Below, in pieces: positions 24,878 to 33,324 of a DNA stretch of 34,238 nt. Source of the DNA: an uncultured Gemmatimonadota bacterium (GTDB lineage Bacteria > Gemmatimonadota > CAZMKB01); assembly GCA_964566685.1 (NCBI GenBank), contig CAZMKB010000004.1:1-34238 (forward strand), in the 5' to 3' direction. Under the pieces are notes generated by a model. The model worked only from the letters and a program-made list of their open reading frames with translations, was not told where the DNA came from and ran no database searches. A program made the position numbers and the translations under genes. The first letter of the stretch is position 1, and each line of letters starts with the position of its first letter.

Positions 24878-26335
24878 ATGGACAAACGCATCACAATACT
24901 CAGGAATGTCTTATCCCTCCAGGCCGCCCAGATTCTCATCAAGATCATCAACATCTTCTTCATCGCCTTTGCGGCCCGGTACTTCGGCGCCGAGGGATTC
25001 GGACACTGGGCGCTCGTCTTCATCTTCGTCGCCTTCTTCGGGCTGCTCTCCGACTTCGGTCTGGACACCCTGGCGATCAGGGATGTGGCGCGCGACTACG
25101 GGATGTCAGAGAAATATCTCCGCAACATTCTCGGCTTCAAGCTGGTCTCCTCCGTGTTCATCAGCATACTCCTGCTCGTGTTCGTGCGGCTCGTCGGTTA
25201 CACCGGTCAGATACTCCATCTCTTCACCATCGCGGTTCCGCTCCTCGTCTTCTCGACCCTGACGGGTCCGTTCGTCTCCCTTCTGAAAGCTCACGAGCGG
25301 ATGGAAATCACCTCGGCGGTCGAGGTGGTGTTCGGATTCCTGCCGTCGGCGACCGGCATCCTCCTCATCTGGCTCGGATTCGGCATCGAGGTCATCCTGG
25401 GCGTGTTCGTCTTCTGGACAGGCGTCAAGCTGCTCGTGCTCATCCTGATCGTCCGCCGCACGATTCCGGTCTTCCGTCCCGAGCTCGATTTCGAATTCCT
25501 CCGGAAGATATCCCGGGACGCGGTCTTCTTCGCGATTCTCGGTATCATCATGATGGTCCACATCAGGGTGGACTTCTTCATGCTGTCGCGCATGATCGGC
25601 GACGAAGCCGTCGGCGTCTACGCGGCTCCGTACAAGATTCTCGAGCACATCGCCATGATGGGAGTGCTCATCAATGTCGCGCTTCAGCCCACCATCTCCT
25701 CCCTCTACGTGCGGGCGAAGGAGCGGCTCGTCAGAGTGTACGAACAGCTCCAGAAGTTCTTTCTCACCATGGCCCTTCCGATATTCAGCGTCCTCATCAT
25801 CTACCACCGGCAGATCACGCTCTTCTTCTTCGGGCCGCAGTACGAGAACTCGGTCCAGGTCCTCTTCATCCTCAGCTGGGCCTGCGGCCTGCTCTTCTTC
25901 ACCACCCCGATGCGCGTCATCATCCTCCAGTCCAATCTCCTGTCCCGGTTCGCCCCGGTCGTCGCCGCGACCATGTTTCTGAACATCATTCTCAACTTCA
26001 TCTTCATTCCGAAGTACAGCTACATCGGCGCGGCCTGGGTGTCGCTCAACTCGACCGTGATCGATCTCTTCGTCAGGATCCACTTCGTCAGGAAGGTTCT
26101 CGGTCACAAGGTGGACTACCTCGGCATGCTGCCGCGTCCCGCCGTCGCCCTGGGGGGGATGCTCCTCACCCTCTATCTCCTCGACGGACTGTTCCTGCCG
26201 CTGCGGGTTCTCCTCTCGTTCGTCCCCTATCTCCTCCTGCTCCGATGGCTGAACGTCTACAGCGAGGAGGAGATCGACAGGTTCGTCAGGGAGCCGTTTT
26301 CGAAGATCGTCTCTCACGTCCGCGGGCGGAGGTGA
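24878..26335 (+). CDS. Polysaccharide/oligosaccharide flippase (Wzx-like, MOP superfamily)
   Basis: 485 aa with ~12-14 hydrophobic segments. N-terminal NVLSLQAAQILIKIINIFFIAFAARYFGAEGFG pattern is typical of Polysacc_synt proteins. Confidence 0.85.
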   Translation: MDKRITILRNVLSLQAAQILIKIINIFFIAFAARYFGAEGFGHWALVFIFVAFFGLLSDFGLDTLAIRDVARDYGMSEKYLRNILGFKLVSSVFISILLLVFVRLVGYTGQILHLFTIAVPLLVFSTLTGPFVSLLKAHERMEITSAVEVVFGFLPSATGILLIWLGFGIEVILGVFVFWTGVKLLVLILIVRRTIPVFRPELDFEFLRKISRDAVFFAILGIIMMVHIRVDFFMLSRMIGDEAVGVYAAPYKILEHIAMMGVLINVALQPTISSLYVRAKERLVRVYEQLQKFFLTMALPIFSVLIIYHRQITLFFFGPQYENSVQVLFILSWACGLLFFTTPMRVIILQSNLLSRFAPVVAATMFLNIILNFIFIPKYSYIGAAWVSLNSTVIDLFVRIHFVRKVLGHKVDYLGMLPRPAVALGGMLLTLYLLDGLFLPLRVLLSFVPYLLLLRWLNVYSEEEIDRFVREPFSKIVSHVRGRR

Positions 26336-26337
26336 GC

Positions 26338-27543
26338 ATGCGGGTACTCATGATCCACGATTTCGCCGGGCTTCTTGGCGGGGCGAACCGGTACCGCGGG
26401 GAACTGACCCGCCGGTTGAGGGAGAACGGCCACACCGTCGCCCTCTTCACCCTGCAGCACGACATGCGCGGTGAGGACGTCCGGGTGTTTCCGTGTCACG
26501 GGGACGGCCCCGTCGGCGGAAGGCTGAAGCAGCACGTGTTTCATCCCGGCCTCCATGCCGCACTTCGATCTCACGTACGGACGTTCGCTCCCGACCTCAT
26601 CCACGTGCAGGGCAATCACCTCTACGAACATTCCGCCTACCTGGCCTGCTCGGGCGAGGCGCCGGTCGTGCAGACTCTCCACGACGTACGGCCCGTCTGT
26701 CCGAACCAGCGGGGGATCAGAAAGAGCGGGGCGGACTGCTCCTGGTCCTTCGGGACCGTCTGCGTGCGGGAAGGCTGTGTACCGGCCCGGACGATCATCC
26801 TCCGGGCTTTTTCGAAAGCCGTGATGAGGAGGCTGTTCGATCGCCCCGACTGGCGGATGGCGGCGCCGAGCAGGGCGCTTTGCGACAACATCAGGCACTT
26901 CGGCATCGAGCCCGTCTTCATCCCCAACTTCACGGTCCCCGGTCCGGTTCCGGGTGCATGCCGGCCCGGTGAATCCCGGTCGATCGCGTTCGTCGGCGCT
27001 CTCTATCCGAGCAAGGGGGTGGTTCACCTGATCCGGGCTTTTTCCACCGTCGGGCGGAACGTGTCTTCTGCGGCACTCGACATTGTCGGCGACGGGCCCG
27101 AACGGGAGAAGCTGTCGGAGGCGGCGGACGATCTCGGCATTGCCGACCGTGTCGTCTTCCACGGACGAAAATCCGAGGAGGAGACCCGGCGCACCCTGGG
27201 TTCCGCACGGGCGCTCGTCCTGCCGTCGGTCGTGAGGGAAAACTGTCCCCTCGTCATTCTCGAGGCCATGGCTCTGGGCAGGCCCGTCGTCGCCTCCCGG
27301 GTCGGAGGAATCCCGGAACTGGTCCGGGAGGGGCGGACCGGGGTACTCGTACGGTACGGGAGAGAGGATGATCTGGCGGAAGCTCTGCTCGGGCTCCTCG
27401 AAGACGACGGCGCCGCGGACCGGATGGGCGAAGAGGGCCGGAGAATTGCGGGAGAAGAGTACTCCGAGCGCCGCCACATGGATCTGATCACGGACCTGTA
27501 CGGAGAGCTGACCGGGAAGACGTGGGAAGCACGAAGCGTGTGA
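26338..27543 (+). CDS. Glycosyltransferase family 4 (GT-B fold)
   Basis: ATG 26338 is preceded by GGAGGTGAGC, which overlaps the flippase stop. MRVLMIHDFAG N-terminus. C-terminal E-x7-E region LPSVVRENCPLVILEAMALGRPVVASRVGGIPELV. Confidence 0.88.
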   Translation: MRVLMIHDFAGLLGGANRYRGELTRRLRENGHTVALFTLQHDMRGEDVRVFPCHGDGPVGGRLKQHVFHPGLHAALRSHVRTFAPDLIHVQGNHLYEHSAYLACSGEAPVVQTLHDVRPVCPNQRGIRKSGADCSWSFGTVCVREGCVPARTIILRAFSKAVMRRLFDRPDWRMAAPSRALCDNIRHFGIEPVFIPNFTVPGPVPGACRPGESRSIAFVGALYPSKGVVHLIRAFSTVGRNVSSAALDIVGDGPEREKLSEAADDLGIADRVVFHGRKSEEETRRTLGSARALVLPSVVRENCPLVILEAMALGRPVVASRVGGIPELVREGRTGVLVRYGREDDLAEALLGLLEDDGAADRMGEEGRRIAGEEYSERRHMDLITDLYGELTGKTWEARSV

Positions 27544-27562
27544 AACCGGAGTACGGAGCATC

Positions 27563-29005
27563 ATGCTGTGGAGATTGATGAGGAGAGCGGCTCGCAGACT
27601 CGGAAGGATCGGCGGCGTGCACATGCCGCGTCCGCGCAATCTCATCCTGGTGCCCACTCCGCTCGTACCGGATCACCGGAGCAGAGTCACGGCGGCCGGT
27701 CGCGACATCGAAGAGATCGTCGCCGGCTGCGGCGGGACCCTGGCTGTCCACGCGAAGCGGGGTGGAGAGGTCCTGATCGTATGCCGAGCACCGCTCGCCA
27801 CGGAGGACCGGGAGGCCCTGACCGTGCTGGGCATCCCCACCGATCGCGTTCTCTCCGGGCAGGTGGAGGCGGACGGTGCGGTTCGTTCGTCTTCGCTCGT
27901 CCTTCTGCCGTTTCCCCCGGAAGGAGACGAGCTGGCGCTCGTGAAGAAGGTCTCGGATGCTCCGGAGCGGCTCGCCTTCTTCGACGGCAGGCTCGTTTCT
28001 CTCATCGACAGGGAGTTCCGTATCGACGAGGTCCGGGAGGAGAAGGAGAGAGCCCTTGCCTGCACCGGGTCTGATGCTGCGGGAAGGAGGGCGATGGCTC
28101 TCTCGGCCTACCGGAGCGTCGCGACGGGGAGGGGAAGGGGATTCACCGAGGGATTTCTCTCCGGCGGGGCGGGACTCCGTGCACTTGGTGTCTCCGGATT
28201 CCCCGGACGGAGGCGGTCACCGGGACGGGGGAGTCCGTTCTACAGGCGCTACGTGAATGCCCTCCTGCCGTTTCGGGACGCCTGTGCCGGTCACCGCGTT
28301 ACAGACATCCCCGGGAGACGTACGCTGGTCATCTCGCCGCACTATGATGACGAGGTCATCGGCGCCGGAGGAACACTGATGAGCCTCCGGGAAAAGGGCC
28401 GTGACGTCCTCGTGGTCTACGTGACCGACGGGCGGGAGGGAATTCCCTCGCTCGAGGATCCGGCGAAGGCGGAGGAGATCAGGAGGAAGGAGTCGGAGCG
28501 GGCTCTCTCTCACATGGGCGTCGCTGATTCGGTGCATCTCAGGGTGCCGGAGACGCGGGTGAGGCCGTATCGCAGCCTCGTCTCGGATCTGATGGCGATC
28601 GTGAACGCGTATCACCCCGACAGCGTCATCCTCCCCTGGTTCTTCGACAACCACGTCGACCACGTCGAGGTGAACAGGGTTCTCGTCCGGCTCGCCCGCA
28701 CACTGGATCCCGGCGTTCTCATCCTGGGCAGTGAAGTGTGGACACCCCTGCCGCCCAATCTCATCGTCGACTGCAGCGCGTACGCGGAGAGAAAACGGCA
28801 GGCTCTCGAGTGTTTCGCATCTCAGCTGGCACAGGTCGACTATCTCCGGACCTCGCTGGCCCTCGGAGAGAGGAGGGCCGTCGATGCTGGCGCGAAACGG
28901 CTCGCGGAAGCATTCTCCTGCCTGCCCGCACGTCTGTACGTCGACTGGATCCGGCGGGCGGGGATCGCTTCGATGCGGTTTTCCGGGGTGGGGGAGGATC
29001 CATGA
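27563..29005 (+). CDS. PIG-L/LmbE-family N-deacetylase, tandem architecture (degenerate N-terminal copy plus intact C-terminal copy)
   Basis: C-terminal half: LVISPHYDDEVIGAGGTLMSL...VLVVYVTDG...DNHVDH (the zinc-ligand motifs of the PIG-L family). The N-terminal half repeats the fold pattern (LILVPTP...IVAGCGGTLAVHAKRGGEVLIVC) without these ligands. Confidence 0.85.
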   Translation: MLWRLMRRAARRLGRIGGVHMPRPRNLILVPTPLVPDHRSRVTAAGRDIEEIVAGCGGTLAVHAKRGGEVLIVCRAPLATEDREALTVLGIPTDRVLSGQVEADGAVRSSSLVLLPFPPEGDELALVKKVSDAPERLAFFDGRLVSLIDREFRIDEVREEKERALACTGSDAAGRRAMALSAYRSVATGRGRGFTEGFLSGGAGLRALGVSGFPGRRRSPGRGSPFYRRYVNALLPFRDACAGHRVTDIPGRRTLVISPHYDDEVIGAGGTLMSLREKGRDVLVVYVTDGREGIPSLEDPAKAEEIRRKESERALSHMGVADSVHLRVPETRVRPYRSLVSDLMAIVNAYHPDSVILPWFFDNHVDHVEVNRVLVRLARTLDPGVLILGSEVWTPLPPNLIVDCSAYAERKRQALECFASQLAQVDYLRTSLALGERRAVDAGAKRLAEAFSCLPARLYVDWIRRAGIASMRFSGVGEDP

Positions 29006-30840
29006 GGGAGTGGAACGCAGACGCCGGAGAACGTCTCATGCTCGGTGTCATCGTGTTCGCGGCAGCCGCGCTCAGGATCTACGGCATCGAATTCGGCCTG
29101 CCGCTCCACTACCACATCGACGAGACGCGCATCATGGACCGGGTCATGGTCATGGTGACGACCGGCGATCTCAATCCGCACTTCTTCAACTATCCGTCTT
29201 TTCTGTTCTACTTCATCTCGGCGCTCGTGCTCGCCTACTACGCTCTCCACTTCGTTCCGTTCGCGCTCGGCAACCTGTTCGAAGGCCGTATCCCGAGCCC
29301 GTCTGCGTTCCGAGAGGCATTCCAGGCCAACGACGCAACACTGTACCTGCTTGCGAGAACTTCCATAGCCGTCTTCGGCATCCTGACGGTCGTTCTCGTT
29401 TATTTCCTCGCGAAGAGGCTCCGCTTCTCGAAGAACGCAGCGCTCTTCTCGGCACTCGGCGTGGCGCTCATGCCTCTCCATGTCATTGAGTCGCACTACA
29501 TCAAGCAGGAAGTACCGATGACCTTCTTCATGCTGCTCGCTTTCTTCCTGGCGGTGCGCGGCGAGGATTCATCGCGGCGGAGGGCGTCGACCTTCGCGGC
29601 TCTCGCTGCCGGGGCGGCCGCCTCGGTGAAATACAACGGCATTCTGGCTCTGACGGTGCTCCCGGCCCTGTTCAGGAGGGAAGGGCGTTTCCGCCTCTCG
29701 AGCTTCTTCGGCTGGCCCGTGATACGGGCCGTTCTGATCGCCGTCGGGACGTTTCTCCTCATCACCCCCTTCGCGGTTCTCGATTCCGGGCAGTTCGTGA
29801 AGGACGTCGGATTCGAACTGTTCCACGTCGCCGAGATGGGCCACCATGCGTTCGACCTGAACGGCGAAGGCATCGTGTTTCACAGATTCCTCTATCAGAT
29901 TCTGGCGGCATACCCGTTCTCGCTCGGAATCCCGCTCTATCTCCTGAGCCTTGCCGGCCTCGGCTGTGCGATCGGGAGGAGAGAACCCGGCTTCCTCTGG
30001 ATTCTCTTCTTCGCACTTCCCTATTTCCTGCTCACAGCGAGCATGAAGGTCGTCTTCCTCAGGTACTCTCTGCCCGTCGCGGTGATTCTCTGCATGGCGG
30101 CAGGTTACGGCATATCGGCTCTCGGGGAGGGCGCGCCCGGTCGCATCGGAAAGTGGGCCGTGAGGGCGGCGGCCGTTCTGGTCGTCGTGTACACCGCCTC
30201 CTTCACCTGGACGATCGTCCGGCACATGCCGCGGGGAAACACGACGCTCGACGATGCCCTGTCGTGGCTCGATCGAAACGCCCCGCCGGGCAGTCGTGTT
30301 GCACGCACGCTCTTCACGCCGCCGCTCTCGGGGCGCCCGTACGAGGTCACGATCATGAGGCCTCATCATTTCCGGTCCGAATGGCTCGAAGCGGAGCGTC
30401 CGGATGTCATCGTGGCGTCGGCCCTGGTGACGGTCGGGTTCGAGCGCGGTGGAACAGGAATGGAGGGGGGGAGGGAGTTTCTCGAGGACCTCCGCTCTCA
30501 GCGCGGCGACTACCGCCGTGTGGCGAAGTTCGAGCGGGATTTTCTGCAGAAGGATCTGTTCGAACGCATCGATCCGATCCTTTCGGAAACCTTCATGCCG
30601 GCCGTCGAGATCTTCGCCAGATACGGCTGTCCGGCACGGGATGCCGGAGCTGAAAACCGCCGGAGCAGACTGAGACGGCATGATCTCCATTCCCGGAGTC
30701 AGGCAGAATTCTTGCGTGTTTTCCCTCCCGGGAGTACGTTGACAGTGATGTATTCCCGGGGCGGGATCGGCTCTGTTGCGGGAGAAGAATGGGGAACCGG
30801 CGGGCCGGCCGGATTTCCGGTGAGATCCGGAAGTTATTGA
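29002..30840 (+). CDS. GT-C fold membrane glycosyltransferase (GT39/ArnT/PMT_2-like)
   Basis: ATG 29002 overlaps the PIG-L stop (ATGA) and is preceded by GGGGAGGA. First-loop acidic motif YHIDETRIMD, about 11+ hydrophobic segments, then a soluble C-terminal region. The last ~70 aa are low-complexity, so the C-terminus is less certain. Confidence 0.7.
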   Translation: MREWNADAGERLMLGVIVFAAAALRIYGIEFGLPLHYHIDETRIMDRVMVMVTTGDLNPHFFNYPSFLFYFISALVLAYYALHFVPFALGNLFEGRIPSPSAFREAFQANDATLYLLARTSIAVFGILTVVLVYFLAKRLRFSKNAALFSALGVALMPLHVIESHYIKQEVPMTFFMLLAFFLAVRGEDSSRRRASTFAALAAGAAASVKYNGILALTVLPALFRREGRFRLSSFFGWPVIRAVLIAVGTFLLITPFAVLDSGQFVKDVGFELFHVAEMGHHAFDLNGEGIVFHRFLYQILAAYPFSLGIPLYLLSLAGLGCAIGRREPGFLWILFFALPYFLLTASMKVVFLRYSLPVAVILCMAAGYGISALGEGAPGRIGKWAVRAAAVLVVVYTASFTWTIVRHMPRGNTTLDDALSWLDRNAPPGSRVARTLFTPPLSGRPYEVTIMRPHHFRSEWLEAERPDVIVASALVTVGFERGGTGMEGGREFLEDLRSQRGDYRRVAKFERDFLQKDLFERIDPILSETFMPAVEIFARYGCPARDAGAENRRSRLRRHDLHSRSQAEFLRVFPPGSTLTVMYSRGGIGSVAGEEWGTGGPAGFPVRSGSY

Positions 30841-30865
30841 CATCAAGAAAGTCATTCGTCAAATT
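30837..30865 (+). promoter_or_regulatory. Weak sigma70-type promoter candidate for the sulfatase-fold gene
   Basis: TTGACA (30837-30842, overlapping stop TGA 30838-30840), 17-nt spacer, CAAATT (30860-30865). The leader would be ~225 nt. Confidence 0.3.
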
Positions 30866-31094
30866 GTACTGATAACTGTACGGAGGAGGAACTGTCACTT
30901 CAGATCGGCGGGCGGGCGACGGCCCGGTCACCGGCCTGGCGTCTCGTGTCCATCCCGCCCCGGAAACCGTGAGAGGAATTCACTCCGAGTCCGGGCTCTT
31001 CACGGATCCGGATCCATCGACACGCCGGCGGTTCCCTTCTGCAAGATACGTTGAAGCACAGCGGTTCGATCGATTCGGAAAGGTGAGGCCAGGT

Positions 31095-33233
31095 ATGAGA
31101 ATCGATGACGGAGAAATCGGAGTGAAACAGGCGATCTGCCTGTGGATTCTCGGGGCTTTCATCCTGGGGATCATCGAAGGTGTTTTCTGTTTCACGACCT
31201 TCGAGATTCTGCCGCTCTCGCTCGTCACATCGGGGCTCATGGCCTACGTGCTGTTCGCCGGGGTGACCGGTACAGTCGTTTCCGTGCTCTTCTCCTCCCC
31301 CGGGTCGAACCGTATCCGGAGAGTTCACGCGGTCCTGATGCTGTTCACCGCGATTCTCGTGGCCTTCGATACCGCCGTGATCTTCAGGATGACTCCCTAC
31401 CTCCGGGGAAAGGTCGGTCAGGGAATGGGGCTCTTCCTCGTGGCGCTGGCGGGCGGCGCTGCGGCCTTCGTCATCCTCAGGTGGATGAGCTCCCGCATTA
31501 GGAAGCCGGTCGCATTCTTGCTCGCCTCGGTCGTCTCGATCCAGCTCGCATTCCTGGTGGTGCGGCTCGTCAATCACTACACGTACTACCAGACCATCTT
31601 CTACGCTCCTCCGGCGGGATACTACAACCTGGCGATCCTGGTTCTGTTTTTCCCCTTCCTGTACGTCACGTATCGAATCGTCCGGCTCGAACCGGTCATG
31701 CGGCTCGTCTCGGCCCTCTCGAGCGGGGCAGGTGCGATCGTAGTCCTCACCGCATCACTCCTGATCTTTCTCGGGGGGAAGCTGTATCTGCCCGGAGCCG
31801 GAACCGCTCATGCCGGACCGAACGTCCTCCTCATCATCATGGACACGACCAGGAGCGATCACCTGTCGTGTTACGGACATCACCGCGAAACCTCCCCGAA
31901 CATCGACCGGCTCGCCGCAGAAGGGCTCGTGTTCGACGAGGCCATTGCGACCGCTCCCTGGACGCTTCCCACCCACGCGTCCATGCTCACGGGCCTCTAC
32001 CCCAGCACCCACGGAGCCCACTGGGAGCACATGTATCTCGACGGCAGTCTCACGACGGCCGCCGAGCTGCTCGGAGAACGGGGGTACCAGACGGTGGGAT
32101 TCTCCAACAACGCCATCGTCAGCGATGCGACCAATATCTCACAGGGATTCGATGACTTCTACGAGGGATGGAGGGGAGCGGATCGATTCCCTCCTCTCTT
32201 CAGCCAGATCGGCGACCTGGTGTACCGGATGGCGGACCGGGACGATGACGGCGCCAGGATCACGAACGATATGATCCGGGGCTGGTTCGAGCGGAAGTAC
32301 GACCCCGACCGGCCTTTCTTCATGCTGATCAACTACTTCGAGCCCCATCTCGTATATGATCCTCCCGTTCAGTTCCGCAGGCGGTTCATCGAGGATTCCG
32401 GGGTCGTTCGGAAGATGAGGGATATGAACATTCACACGCTTTTCCGTCTCCTCACGAAGTCCTCGTCGAGAGGCCTCGCCCTCTCATCCGAGGAACTCCA
32501 TGCGCTCAAAACACTCTACGACGCTGAGATCGCCTACCTGGATTTCCGTATCGGGGAGCTCTTCGACTATCTCGATGAAAGGAACGTCAGGAATCGCACC
32601 TTCACCATCCTGACCTCGGATCACGGTGAGAACATCGGCGAACACGGGTTCATCGACCATCAGCTGAACGTCTACGAACCGTTGCTCAACGTTCCGCTCA
32701 TCCTCTGGTATCCGCCGCTCATCGAACGCGGGGGACGGGTCCCCGGGATGGTTCAGTCCGTCGATGTGTACCCGACGATCCTCGAAGTGGCCGGAGTAGA
32801 CGGGGACGAAACCGGGTACCCGGTCGAGGGCAAGAGCCTTCTCCAGATCGCTTCCGGAAGGGATAGCCGGGACAGGACTCTCACCGAATACATGAGCCCG
32901 AAGAATCAGTTCGGGAAGGTGCAGCGGTGGGCGGAAGCCCGGGGCGAGGCGGCGGATTTCCTGCGTTTCGACCGGAGGCTCAAGTCCATCAGGACCGACT
33001 CCCTGAAGTACATCTGGGCCTCGGACGGGGGAGACGAGCTCTACAGCCTGGAGAAGGACCCGGCGGAGGCGGTGAATCTCGTGGAGGAGAGGACGGCCGC
33101 CGTCGATACGCTGAGGGAGACACTCGAAGACTGGACCGGGTCGCTCCCCGACATCCTCGGAGAGACGGGTGAGGTCCCCGAGATGGACGAGGAGACGAGG
33201 CAGCTGCTCAAGGCGCTCGGCTACATCGAGTGA
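31095..33233 (+). CDS. Membrane-anchored sulfatase-fold (alkaline phosphatase superfamily) hydrolase/transferase, non-canonical active site
   Basis: ATG 31095 is preceded by AAAGGTGAGG. About 8 N-terminal TM segments, then NVLLIIMDTTRSDHLSCYGHHRETSPNIDRLAAEGLVFDEA, FTILTSDHGE and LYDLE-like LYSLEKDPAE sulfatase-fold signatures. The C/S-x-P-x-R site reads T-L-P-T-H. The GTG 30969 start is not excluded. Confidence 0.85.
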   Translation: MRIDDGEIGVKQAICLWILGAFILGIIEGVFCFTTFEILPLSLVTSGLMAYVLFAGVTGTVVSVLFSSPGSNRIRRVHAVLMLFTAILVAFDTAVIFRMTPYLRGKVGQGMGLFLVALAGGAAAFVILRWMSSRIRKPVAFLLASVVSIQLAFLVVRLVNHYTYYQTIFYAPPAGYYNLAILVLFFPFLYVTYRIVRLEPVMRLVSALSSGAGAIVVLTASLLIFLGGKLYLPGAGTAHAGPNVLLIIMDTTRSDHLSCYGHHRETSPNIDRLAAEGLVFDEAIATAPWTLPTHASMLTGLYPSTHGAHWEHMYLDGSLTTAAELLGERGYQTVGFSNNAIVSDATNISQGFDDFYEGWRGADRFPPLFSQIGDLVYRMADRDDDGARITNDMIRGWFERKYDPDRPFFMLINYFEPHLVYDPPVQFRRRFIEDSGVVRKMRDMNIHTLFRLLTKSSSRGLALSSEELHALKTLYDAEIAYLDFRIGELFDYLDERNVRNRTFTILTSDHGENIGEHGFIDHQLNVYEPLLNVPLILWYPPLIERGGRVPGMVQSVDVYPTILEVAGVDGDETGYPVEGKSLLQIASGRDSRDRTLTEYMSPKNQFGKVQRWAEARGEAADFLRFDRRLKSIRTDSLKYIWASDGGDELYSLEKDPAEAVNLVEERTAAVDTLRETLEDWTGSLPDILGETGEVPEMDEETRQLLKALGYIE

Positions 33234-33324
33234 TCATCCTGAACACCGGGGCGGATTTCAGCGGACGGCCGAATCACCGGATCAGGAGATGCTGCCCCTG
33301 ATGCCGGAGGAGGAAGGAACCCAC

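Noticed and set aside
30640-30840. The low-complexity ~70-aa C-terminal tail of the GT-C protein (…ENRRSRLRRHDLHSRS…GGPAGFPVRSGSY) as a sign of a frameshift or a separate small gene.
   Set aside because: There is no stop in frame before 30838 and no alternative frame with better coding character. It is left as part of the CDS with reduced confidence in the C-terminus.
9911-31094. The longest-ORF start codons from the track for several genes: TTG 10543, 18681 (htrA), 22239 (Wza-like), 26245 (GT4), 28738 (GT-C), GTG 30969 (sulfatase-fold).
   Set aside because: Each extension overlaps the upstream gene and/or encodes low-complexity basic sequence without an SD. Internal ATGs at 10474, 18465, 22284, 26338, 29002 and 31095 have good SDs and give proper signal peptides or family-typical N-termini. 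22284 and 31095 remain the least certain.
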